From a virus (taxonomy: Duplodnaviria; Caudoviricetes): a stretch of DNA of 64,000 nt. The notes beneath the pieces were generated by a model. It saw only the letters and a list, made by a program, of their open reading frames with translations, was not told the origin of the DNA and made no database searches. Position numbers and translations under genes: made by a program. Positions 17,776-26,262 of this stretch are shown here, piece after piece (within the stretch, counting starts at the first letter, position 1; each line of letters begins with the position of its first letter). The DNA lies in IMG/VR virus record IMGVR_UViG_2887723448_000002, positions 3,151 through 67,150 of that record; one strand, written 5' to 3'.

Positions 17776-18908
17776 TACGACACCGTGATTGCGCCAGCAC
17801 GAAATGACTGCTGGAAGGTGATGGAAAGGTCTGCCGTGCCGCCATTGACGAGCACGCCGGTGACGTTCGTTACGCCGGCTACCCCGTAAGCCTGAGTGGC
17901 AATGTTCGAATATGGCAACGTGGCGCCGTCCGATGTGGTCGCAATGCTGTTGACGTATGCGCTGATTGCCGCCTGAACGAGTGCCGCAACAGTCGAATGC
18001 ACGAAGCCTGAGGCGGTCGTGATCGTCAGCGAAATCGTGACGTTAAGTTGATTCGGCGCATGCACCCCGTAGGTCGAACACAGCGGGCGCACGGCTTCAA
18101 TGGCTTTGGATGCGTTCGCGATCTCCGTCGACGTGGCCGTGCCGTTGCCATCGTTGATGATGGCCGTGAAGTAGCCGTTCTGAGATTGACCGTTGTACTG
18201 CCGGTTCTCCGCGATGATCCCGGTCATGCCGATTTGCACGCTAGCGATTGCGTTGTAGACCGCTTGGAGCGTGCCAGCATCAAGGCTTGCGATGAAGAGC
18301 ACGAAGCGCGCGCGGGCGGCAGCGTCGGACTCGGCGGCAGCGCCATTCGTTACCGCTGCGGCATTCGATACATAGTCGACACCGGAAATCGCGGTGCCGA
18401 GCGTATTCAGCGCGCCGAGCGAGACATTCCCTGCAGTCCCGGGCGTCGAGCACTGGACCGTGACATTGACGCTCGCTTGACCAGCGGGCAGCACATAGCC
18501 GTTCTGCGCTGCGCTATAGGCAGCATTCGTCGTGTCGGCAATGGCCGTGAACTGAACCGTTCCATCCGCCGTCTGCGCGATCGCGCCAACAGAGATCAGC
18601 GCCTGATTCGTCGGCGTGAACCGTCCGAAGGACTCTTGCGTGGTCGCCGCTATAGCAGGCAGACGAGCAAAGCCAAACTGCGCGAACCAGCTATCGAGGT
18701 CCGGCCCGTTCGAGGTCGCTGCGCGCGTCAAAGCCGCGACCTGAAGAATCAGGCCCTGAAGCCAGAGCGCTACGCCGGCCGTCGCTTCGTCAATCGCAAG
18801 CAGGACGGCGCCAACCGTAAAGTCGACCAGCGACGCCGCAGCGCCCTGTACTGCTGTCGCGAAATTCGAGACTAGCGAGCTAAAGGATTGGGTATTGAGG
18901 TTCGCCAT
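17775..18908 (-). CDS. baseplate J / gp47-like protein
   Basis: GTAGNV, NGAAAESDAAARARF and GT...A motifs typical of baseplate J. Confidence 0.88.
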   Translation of the reverse strand: MANLNTQSFSSLVSNFATAVQGAAASLVDFTVGAVLLAIDEATAGVALWLQGLILQVAALTRAATSNGPDLDSWFAQFGFARLPAIAATTQESFGRFTPTNQALISVGAIAQTADGTVQFTAIADTTNAAYSAAQNGYVLPAGQASVNVTVQCSTPGTAGNVSLGALNTLGTAISGVDYVSNAAAVTNGAAAESDAAARARFVLFIASLDAGTLQAVYNAIASVQIGMTGIIAENRQYNGQSQNGYFTAIINDGNGTATSTEIANASKAIEAVRPLCSTYGVHAPNQLNVTISLTITTASGFVHSTVAALVQAAISAYVNSIATTSDGATLPYSNIATQAYGVAGVTNVTGVLVNGGTADLSITFQQSFRAGAITVS

Positions 18909-19316
18909 TTATGGTTCTTGCGAAGTGTCGAACTGGACAAACTGCGGCGTCGCCGTGTTGGCGTCCGTGTACTGAATCGTTGCGCTAACTGCGTTGTTGG
19001 TTTGCGTCAGGCCGATCTGCGGTGCGGGCTGCCTGGCGACCGCCTGCTCGAGCAACATCTGGCCGCGGATCAATGCGGTCGTCGCCGGCACGTTCCCGGG
19101 CGAGCCCACCTTGCGCGGAACGCCTGCGCCGTAGGTTGGATGCCATGTGTAGTCGGGCGATGCGACAACGCCGCCCGCCGTATTCAGCAATTGAGGATTG
19201 GTGAGAAGGCGCCGATAGACGCGCTGCACGCCTGTCGTCGGCTGATCGGCAAGCAATAGATCGCCCGAGGCAGAGACACTTAAGTCGCCACCCCAATAAT
19301 GATTCAGGTCTGTCAT
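18909..19316 (-). CDS. baseplate gp25/gp46-like protein
   Basis: D...GDL...RRLLTNP...Y.WHPTYGAG...G; position just before baseplate J. Confidence 0.7.
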   Translation of the reverse strand: MTDLNHYWGGDLSVSASGDLLLADQPTTGVQRVYRRLLTNPQLLNTAGGVVASPDYTWHPTYGAGVPRKVGSPGNVPATTALIRGQMLLEQAVARQPAPQIGLTQTNNAVSATIQYTDANTATPQFVQFDTSQEP

Positions 19317-20011
19317 CAGCCGCCCTTAACCGTGCTCGTGAGTTGCGCGCCCGACATCTGCTGCGTAGGGGGCAAGGAATTGCCGCCTTGGGGGTCCGGG
19401 TGCGTGTGACCGTTGAACAGAGCGACAAACGCAGATGTCACGAACTGAAGGAGCGTTTGACCGGTCGCGCCAAGGCTGATTGAAGGAGCCGTGACGGTCG
19501 CTGTGCCTGTGGCCGTCACCGATGCGTTTGCAGCGGTCGTGCTGGCGTTTCCTGTCACGCTTGCCGTCATATCCCCGGCTACGATTGCATTCAGGTTGCC
19601 CGCGGTATTCACGTCGACATCGCCACTCGTGACTAGCTTGACGAAGCTGCCGGTGGAATGAAGCGCCCAAATCTCGCCGCTCGGCACAGGAATCGCCTGT
19701 TGCGCGACTGAGAAAATGCGCGCGACGATCGTGCCGGAACTGAAATCGCCGTGCTCATAGATGACGAGCACCTGATCGCCAATCTGCGGGCCGACAGCCA
19801 CGCCCCAGCCGTTGCCAATACCGATCGCGCCCATCGGCATCCAGTTCGATTCGGTGTTTTCCTCGCCCGGGTCGGTCGGCTCGAGTGTGACCTTGACCGA
19901 ATGCGTCGACGCGTCGTAGCTGCTGACCGTGGCGAACCGCGGTGCGGACTTGTCGTTGCCGACCATGCTGGCTTGCTGGCGGATCGCATTTGCAAGTCGA
20001 GCCATACTCAT
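19316..20011 (-). CDS. baseplate central spike (gpV/gp45-like)
   Basis: OB-like N-terminus with PQIGDQVLV, beta-helix repeats, terminal HTH metal motif FNGHTHP. Confidence 0.85.
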   Translation of the reverse strand: MSMARLANAIRQQASMVGNDKSAPRFATVSSYDASTHSVKVTLEPTDPGEENTESNWMPMGAIGIGNGWGVAVGPQIGDQVLVIYEHGDFSSGTIVARIFSVAQQAIPVPSGEIWALHSTGSFVKLVTSGDVDVNTAGNLNAIVAGDMTASVTGNASTTAANASVTATGTATVTAPSISLGATGQTLLQFVTSAFVALFNGHTHPDPQGGNSLPPTQQMSGAQLTSTVKGG

Positions 20012-21156
20012 ACGATCACCGTCGAGTCAGGTGCGTGATTTTTAGCGCTGATGGTCATCTCATATCCGCCGTCGAAGTTCATCGAGCGACTGATGCTGTC
20101 GGGGAAATACTGCTGATCGAATGCCGTTCCCGTCCCGCCGAACTGAATGATTGAGGTGATATCGAGATTGTTGTCGCCGGGCATCGTCAGCCCTTCGATC
20201 TTCATCTCATGCGCGACGAGCTGGTCATACCAACTCTTTGCGCGCTGAATCGCCTGCTCTTGCGTGAGGTTCGGGATCGTCTTCGAGTAGATCTGGCCGC
20301 CTGCCCCGACAGATGAGGATCCGACCTTGATCGTCCTTACGTTCGACGGATACGAGACCACGTACCCCTTGGCGAACTTCTTGTTCCACGAGCGGATCTT
20401 GACCTGAATGCCACGGGAAACCGTCAGTGCGCGGGTCAACTTGATCGACTCGAAATTCGCCTTCGGGCCGGAAGTCGTCGATACCGGCTGCCACACGATT
20501 TGATACGGCATGGTCGCGGTCGGGTCCGGCGCAGGTTGAAAGTAAAGCGTCTGCCCGCGGACCCAGACTTTGAAGTTCTCGAGATCGGCCAAATAGTTGA
20601 GCAAGTCCCATTCGGACCGCTCGTCGGCCACGTTGACGTGATCAATCTCGTAATACTTGCCTACCTGCGTGGTCGTTGCTGTGATCGCTGAGCTCAGCCC
20701 GTGCGCCCGCGCCAACTGCGCGGCGATCTGGCTCGACGTCTGATTCGGCCACTTCTGCGTGGTCTTGGTATCGATGAATACCCGCGTGAGGTCGCGGCCC
20801 GTCACTTCGATAGTGTTCGTGACCGGGTCAATCTCGATCGCATCTACCTGCCCATAGATCCAGCTTTCGAGGTCGGCCGCGCTGTACAGCAATGGGTTGC
20901 TCGGAAAGCCGATGAACAACTCCACGAACATGTCCTGCTGATTTGAAAACCAGATGGCATTGCGGTCCGATGGCAACAACGCCCCAGCAAACTTGCAGCG
21001 GAACGTGTCGGCCGAATAGAACGAATTGTTTTCGAGCTCAAACTCGACCCACCCTGTAATCAGCGCACCACTATCTCGGTTCCCGTTGGCATCGACCGAA
21101 TACACCTTCACCGCCCCGCGCGGCTGTCGCCCGGTCGGCTGGAGAAAAGAAGTCAT
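20008..21156 (-). CDS. baseplate hub protein (gpD/gp44-like)
   Basis: VTGRDLT...ID, SEWDLLNYLA, GQTLYF; position upstream of the spike. Confidence 0.8.
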   Translation of the reverse strand: MTSFLQPTGRQPRGAVKVYSVDANGNRDSGALITGWVEFELENNSFYSADTFRCKFAGALLPSDRNAIWFSNQQDMFVELFIGFPSNPLLYSAADLESWIYGQVDAIEIDPVTNTIEVTGRDLTRVFIDTKTTQKWPNQTSSQIAAQLARAHGLSSAITATTTQVGKYYEIDHVNVADERSEWDLLNYLADLENFKVWVRGQTLYFQPAPDPTATMPYQIVWQPVSTTSGPKANFESIKLTRALTVSRGIQVKIRSWNKKFAKGYVVSYPSNVRTIKVGSSSVGAGGQIYSKTIPNLTQEQAIQRAKSWYDQLVAHEMKIEGLTMPGDNNLDITSIIQFGGTGTAFDQQYFPDSISRSMNFDGGYEMTISAKNHAPDSTVIV

Positions 21157-21162
21157 GGTGAA

Positions 21163-22128
21163 TTACGAGGCGAGAATGCCGCCAGTCGTCTTCGGGTTGT
21201 ATGGCGGGATGACGAGCGTGTTGATGCCAACCAGTGTCGGATCCGTGAAGCCGTTCGCGTTTGCGATCTGCGTCCACGCGGTCGGATCGCCATATTCTTT
21301 CGCGGCGATGTCGTACAGGTTGCCGCCGCCGACCGTGACCGTGCGCACGCTCGAATTGACCTGGCCGAGGTTCGTTTGCATGCGGCCGAGTAGCGCGCCA
21401 ATCGAGATGTAGTTCACCTGTAGCGTCGTGGCGTTCACGATGGATGAAAACACGCCCACGTTCTGCAGCACCGGCAACGAAGGCAGGACACCGCCTGGAA
21501 CGCCCACACTCGCCAGTATTTGATCAACCCCACCGATGGCGGACGTCAGATACGAGACCGCCTGATGAATCGGCCCCAGCACAGACGCGATCGTGCTCAA
21601 CGAGGCGCCGACGAACGTCTTGACGCTTGCCGCCGCCGACGAGACATTTGCCATCAATCCCGAGAGCGCGCTGTCCCCCGTCGCAGCGGTCAGCGTGTTG
21701 GCTGAGTTCAGGTCGCCATTGATCAAGTCGTCCGCATTCGGCTGCGGGTCGATGTAGACGGGCGCCGTGAGGTCTTGCAGCACCTCGCAGGTGATCCGGT
21801 ACGGGATCCGCGCGAATCGATAATCGGGCTCGAAACTGCTGATGTAGACGAGCAGGTAAACCTGATCGAACGACAGTGCGACCGGTACGCCGGCATCCTT
21901 CATCTGCTGGATGGCCTGTGCTCGATCAAACGGCGACTGACCGTCCTGCGTCGGAAAGAAGATGCCCGACCATTCAGCCGGCCGCGGGTCGGCGCCCATC
22001 GCGTCGATGACGCGCACGCCGCCGACCAGTTTTTTAACCGAAAGTCTCTGCGAGCCACCGAACGGGATGGACTCCGGAATCTCCATGTCCTGAAAGGTGA
22101 AGTCTCCAAGGGCGAGGGTGATGCTCAT
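21163..22128 (-). CDS. tail tube initiator with C-terminal LysM domain
   Basis: C-terminal GNLYDIAAKEYGDPTAWTQIANANG...LVIP (LysM/tail X). Confidence 0.8.
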   Translation of the reverse strand: MSITLALGDFTFQDMEIPESIPFGGSQRLSVKKLVGGVRVIDAMGADPRPAEWSGIFFPTQDGQSPFDRAQAIQQMKDAGVPVALSFDQVYLLVYISSFEPDYRFARIPYRITCEVLQDLTAPVYIDPQPNADDLINGDLNSANTLTAATGDSALSGLMANVSSAAASVKTFVGASLSTIASVLGPIHQAVSYLTSAIGGVDQILASVGVPGGVLPSLPVLQNVGVFSSIVNATTLQVNYISIGALLGRMQTNLGQVNSSVRTVTVGGGNLYDIAAKEYGDPTAWTQIANANGFTDPTLVGINTLVIPPYNPKTTGGILAS

Positions 22129-22199
22129 AGAAGCTCCGGCGAATTCGATGGAGATGTATGCGGGCGCGCTATCATTCAGTTATTTCGTCCGATATCGCC

Positions 22200-22514
22200 A
22201 TGAAAATGAGAGACGTTTTCGGCTTTTTGCTTTGCATTTCGGCCATTCCGGCAAATGCCAAACCCGCTCTACTCCCCAATTACGTCGCCTGCCAGTCGCA
22301 GGAAGCGTTGCGGCAGATGGGACAGGCCATACGCAATCACGATGACAACGGTATTCGGTACCTGTCGCGTCAATGCACGCTGACAACGTCTCTCAAAGGA
22401 AGGCCGTTTTCAGTGATCGATTCGACTTTGCTCGGCGAGACCCGAATCCGTGTTTATGACGGGAGTGCTGCGACCGAGCTATGGACGCCGAGCGAGGCTG
22501 TTGAAGGGCGCTAG
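22200..22514 (+). CDS. small secreted two-Cys protein (antisense moron)
   Basis: Signal-peptide-like MKMRDVFGFLLCISAIPANA; opposite strand to the tail operon; paralogue of 49839-50141. Confidence 0.7.
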   Translation: MKMRDVFGFLLCISAIPANAKPALLPNYVACQSQEALRQMGQAIRNHDDNGIRYLSRQCTLTTSLKGRPFSVIDSTLLGETRIRVYDGSAATELWTPSEAVEGR

Positions 22515-24454
22515 TACTTCAGACCCGGCATAGGCAGGCTTACGCCCGGATCGATGCCGCCAGTGTTGGTGGAAAGGCCGGTTTGTTGCGCCAGATAGCC
22601 AGCGACGTGCTTGCCGACCTTCTTGCCGTCGAGATAGACGTCGCCAACGGTGCCGCCGCCAGCGTTGCCCCCGCCACTCGCAACAGAGCTATCGGCGTGC
22701 CCCGGAGTCTTGGAGCCGGTGAAGTGGCTCCAAGCTTGCTTCGTGAGATCAACAATCATGCCGCCTGGGTCGACCACTCCGCCGTCGTGCGCCGCGATAG
22801 TCCCGAGCGCCTTGATTAGATCGGGGTGGTCGGAGGCGAAGCTGTTAATGCTCCGCAAGAGGGCGGTGCCGCCATTCAGCATGTCCGTTATCGCGGGCAG
22901 CATATGCTGGCCGAATTCGTTCTTGAAGTCGGTCCATGCGGCAGTAAAGTTATCTTCTGCTCCGCTAGCTGACTTCTTATACGTGCCGATCACGTCATCC
23001 GAGCCCATCGCACCCTGGGCGAGCTTGTAGTCCCGTATCAGCTGAAACTGCTGCGTCGTCATGATCGACGCTTGATTCGACGCGGTGCGGTTCGACAAAA
23101 CGTCGTTGACGACCTTCAGGACCTGATCCTGCGATGTGATGCCTTTCTTGGCGAGCGCTGGCAGCAGCACTTCGTCCATCCACTTGGCCGGATCGCTTTG
23201 CAATAGCGAACTGCCTTGGATATCCGTCATCACCAGCGACTTCATCGGCTTGCCGCCAACGGATCCGTGTTCCTGCATCTGCAGCGTAGCGAGACCTAGA
23301 TCCTGCAACAGACCCATCGTCTTCTTCGGCGTGCGGCCGGCGACGAGGTTCTGGTAGATGCTCATCATCGAGGTTGCGGCACGCGCGCCGCCCTGCTCGA
23401 TCATCAGCCCTTCCATGTGCATCAAGCCCTCGTCGCTCAAGCTTCGAAATGCCGTGCCGCCTTGCTGCGAGAAGTTTCCGAGATCCTGAAACTTCAGGAA
23501 TCCGCCCGATCCCGTCACCAGCCTTTCAGCCAGATTCAGGTTCCGAGTGAACGACGCCTCATCCTTGGTGCCACCGCGCCGGTCGATGAATTTCATCAGG
23601 CTCTTGAGCCCTTCATCATCCATTCCGCCGAGCTTGTCGCCGTAAATCGCTGCGTTCGCCTTGCCGAGCGTCACCAACTGCGGCGTGAACCGTTTCACCT
23701 CGTCGAAGTTGTTGAACAGGCCGGCCGATTCGGCCATCGCGCTCATCAACTCAGTCTGCGAGACGCCATACGCCTGAGTCGCATGAGCGAACTTCTCCGC
23801 CTCTGCGTTGACTGCATCCCCAAGGTTCAGCGCCTTGAAACGCATGGTCGCGTCTTGGTAGTCCTTGGCGCTCTCGTAAAACTGGTGCCCGACATACGCA
23901 GCAACGAAGCCGGCTGCGGCTGGCACCATTAGGCTATCGGCCAAACCCATGCCGACGCCGCCGATGCCAATACCGTGCGATCCTGCGTGGATGTTGCCGC
24001 CATGAAGACCGCCGCGTCGACCGCCATGCCCGCCACCTCCGCCACCACCACCCCCGGGAGGAAGCATCGGAGGTATCACACCGCCACCGCCCGGAACCCG
24101 TGACCAGCGCATGGCGTTAAGACGAGATTCGAGCCGGACCGCTTCCGCATTGGCTGCGATCAACTCCTTCTCGATGCCCAGACCGCCAGCCGGAATCGAG
24201 CCTTTGATGCTGCCGAGCGCTTTTTCGGCCAGCAATGCTTGATCCTTAACGCCCTTCAAGCCGATATCGAGCTTGCCGGCAGCCGCAGCCAGATTCCTGA
24301 CGCCCACGACTTCCGCGCCCATCTTTTGCAGGCGCTTGTTGACCTGAAGCGCGAGCGCGTCGACCTTCTCGAACTGCTCCGACAGCTTCATCAACTGCGG
24401 CGTGATGAGGTCGGTCAGCTTGAGCGTGGTGCCAATCGAATAGACGTCAATCAT
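22511..24454 (-). CDS. tape measure protein (647 aa)
   Basis: Long helical Ala/Gly-rich protein between the tail chaperone/completion genes and the LysM/hub genes. Confidence 0.8.
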   Translation of the reverse strand: MIDVYSIGTTLKLTDLITPQLMKLSEQFEKVDALALQVNKRLQKMGAEVVGVRNLAAAAGKLDIGLKGVKDQALLAEKALGSIKGSIPAGGLGIEKELIAANAEAVRLESRLNAMRWSRVPGGGGVIPPMLPPGGGGGGGGGHGGRRGGLHGGNIHAGSHGIGIGGVGMGLADSLMVPAAAGFVAAYVGHQFYESAKDYQDATMRFKALNLGDAVNAEAEKFAHATQAYGVSQTELMSAMAESAGLFNNFDEVKRFTPQLVTLGKANAAIYGDKLGGMDDEGLKSLMKFIDRRGGTKDEASFTRNLNLAERLVTGSGGFLKFQDLGNFSQQGGTAFRSLSDEGLMHMEGLMIEQGGARAATSMMSIYQNLVAGRTPKKTMGLLQDLGLATLQMQEHGSVGGKPMKSLVMTDIQGSSLLQSDPAKWMDEVLLPALAKKGITSQDQVLKVVNDVLSNRTASNQASIMTTQQFQLIRDYKLAQGAMGSDDVIGTYKKSASGAEDNFTAAWTDFKNEFGQHMLPAITDMLNGGTALLRSINSFASDHPDLIKALGTIAAHDGGVVDPGGMIVDLTKQAWSHFTGSKTPGHADSSVASGGGNAGGGTVGDVYLDGKKVGKHVAGYLAQQTGLSTNTGGIDPGVSLPMPGLKY

Positions 24455-24485
24455 TTGGCGTTACACTCATGTTCTGGAGGTCAAT

Positions 24486-24737
24486 ATGGATTTCATCTAC
24501 CGCGCACACGAATGGCTGGCAGACCGGATTTCATGGGTTCAATACCCGAAACCGCGTGTGCGGAGCGTCAGCGGCCACGCGCTCGGGTTTAAAGCGCGGT
24601 GGCAAACGAGGCCGCCGATGAACAAGGCGTTCGCCATATGTCTACCGACGTTGCTGCTGTTCGTCTCGGATATCGGCGTCTATCTGTCGATCGCCAGCGT
24701 GATATTCCTGTTCGCCTACTTCAATCGCCGCTGGTAA
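24486..24737 (+). CDS. small membrane protein (antisense moron)
   Basis: GGAGG SD; two C-terminal hydrophobic segments; opposite strand to the tail genes. Confidence 0.65.
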   Translation: MDFIYRAHEWLADRISWVQYPKPRVRSVSGHALGFKARWQTRPPMNKAFAICLPTLLLFVSDIGVYLSIASVIFLFAYFNRRW

Positions 24738-25203
24738 TGCGCGGCTTGCGCCATCCCATGCCGGCGAGCCATGCAAACATCGTCTTACCGATGATGGCTC
24801 CGACGCGCTCCCGGCTGTGAAGTGCGGCAGCACCCAATACCGCGCGAGGCGGCTGCTTGCTGGTTCCGATATCGAACCAAACGAGATTCTGATCGTTTGA
24901 GCCGATCGCAGCCTCGGCATCAATCACCGTGCGCTCGACCGACTTCTGCATCTCGCCCGTGCGAAACCCGGGGTCGTTCTCCGAGAATCCAAGCCGCGCG
25001 CGCTCCTGCTGCGTCCTGTCGGCCAATTCTTCCCATGCCGGGTAAGGGCCGATCGCGCCTTGGTACTCGCCTATCATCCCCTTCGCGGTCTTCTGGATCT
25101 CTTCAGCCGCCTTGTCCGCAATGTGATGCGTGACTTCCGGGCCAGCAATGGCAAGACGCTCAAGGTGCGCCGCGAAGGCAGCGAAGCTCTTGAATTCCGT
25201 CAT
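24721..25203 (-). CDS. HK97 gp10-like tail completion protein
   Basis: Start at the ATGA overlap (MTEFKSF); RTGEMQKSV, GTSKQPPRAVLG pattern. Confidence 0.65.
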   Translation of the reverse strand: MTEFKSFAAFAAHLERLAIAGPEVTHHIADKAAEEIQKTAKGMIGEYQGAIGPYPAWEELADRTQQERARLGFSENDPGFRTGEMQKSVERTVIDAEAAIGSNDQNLVWFDIGTSKQPPRAVLGAAALHSRERVGAIIGKTMFAWLAGMGWRKPRITSGD

Positions 25204-25376
25204 GTGCTGGCCTCGAAGGTGCGCGATGCGAAGTTGTACTTCTTGCCGGTCGCCATCTCCGAGAAGATGATTGACCAAGCTGTACGCTTCACGTTATCGA
25301 CGGAAAACGCCACATCAAACGGCACGTTGTTTTGGACGAGCCACAACGACTGCCGAATCGGTGTGGCGTTAACTAT
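25200..25376 (-). CDS. tail chaperone C-terminal (gpT-like) segment reached by -1 frameshift
   Basis: No start codon; -1 frame reads IVNATPIRQSLWLVQNNVPFDVAFS...; slippery A-AAA-AAA just before the gpG stop. Confidence 0.7.
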   Translation of the reverse strand: MVNATPIRQSLWLVQNNVPFDVAFSVDNVKRTAWSIIFSEMATGKKYNFASRTFEAST

Positions 25377-25765
25377 TTTTTTACGGCTTCATCGCCCTCG
25401 CCGTCTTCGTCTTGCGGGAAGCGTTCGGCAATCCCCTTTTTGATGGCTGCAAAGCCTTCTTCACCAAGACGGGAGATCAATGCCCGCATCTGCGCCTTGT
25501 TGCTCGGCGCAGGAGCGATGACGCCGTCGATCGAGACGACATAGATCGCGGGGATGCACATAATCCGGTACACATCGTTCTTCGCCAGATCGCCCAATGC
25601 CTCGATCAGGTCGAACTGAGCCAGCACATCGGGCTTTTTCAGCACGAGAGTTCGTCCGCGCTCGTCCTGCACCGAAAACTCTGCCTGCACGTCCTGTATG
25701 ACGCGCTCGGACGGCGTCATGGCCTGCAATTCGCCGCCATGCGGCTTGACTGTAACTTTGGTCAT
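25373..25765 (-). CDS. tail assembly chaperone (gpG-like)
   Basis: Directly downstream of the tube gene; ends GTA AAA AAA TAG. Confidence 0.75.
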   Translation of the reverse strand: MTKVTVKPHGGELQAMTPSERVIQDVQAEFSVQDERGRTLVLKKPDVLAQFDLIEALGDLAKNDVYRIMCIPAIYVVSIDGVIAPAPSNKAQMRALISRLGEEGFAAIKKGIAERFPQDEDGEGDEAVKK

Positions 25766-26202
25766 TAGCTGATCTTGATCCGTGTGCCAGCGTCAAACGT
25801 GAAACGCTGGGTTACCTTGTCCTGCCCCTTGTACGTGCCGGAATCTTCCGGATACAGCGCCACGTCGAGGAACTGGAACTGCGACACCGAGCCATCGAGC
25901 TCATTGATAGTCTGGGTGATGATGACGGCAGTCGGCGGCAACTGCGCGTAGTAGCTCGCCTCAGCATCAGCGAAATACGCGTCGAATGATGCGTCCTGAC
26001 GGTCGATTTCGAACGTGCCCGAGTGGCCATCCGGAACCGGACGATGCTTGATGCGCCCGTTGATATCGACGCTCTTGAGCTTGACCATTCCCGGCTTCGA
26101 TTCGAAGCTGGTAATGCCATTGATCGTGACCTGGCCGACGCTCGAGTCGAAAACCGTGACCTGCGCGCCGTCGCGGCCTACGTTAAAGCTATTGATGCCC
26201 AT
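25765..26202 (-). CDS. tail tube protein
   Basis: 145 aa directly after the sheath; beta-rich with GTFEIDR pattern. Confidence 0.75.
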   Translation of the reverse strand: MGINSFNVGRDGAQVTVFDSSVGQVTINGITSFESKPGMVKLKSVDINGRIKHRPVPDGHSGTFEIDRQDASFDAYFADAEASYYAQLPPTAVIITQTINELDGSVSQFQFLDVALYPEDSGTYKGQDKVTQRFTFDAGTRIKIS

Positions 26203-26262
26203 TTACGGCTCCAGAAATGAAAACGCCCGCGCGAGGCGGGCATTGGATGCGGTAGAAGCCGT

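Noticed and set aside
23990-24100. GGC/GGT-rich low-complexity tract in the tape measure gene
   Set aside because: Explained by a Gly/Pro-rich linker; no evidence of a separate element.
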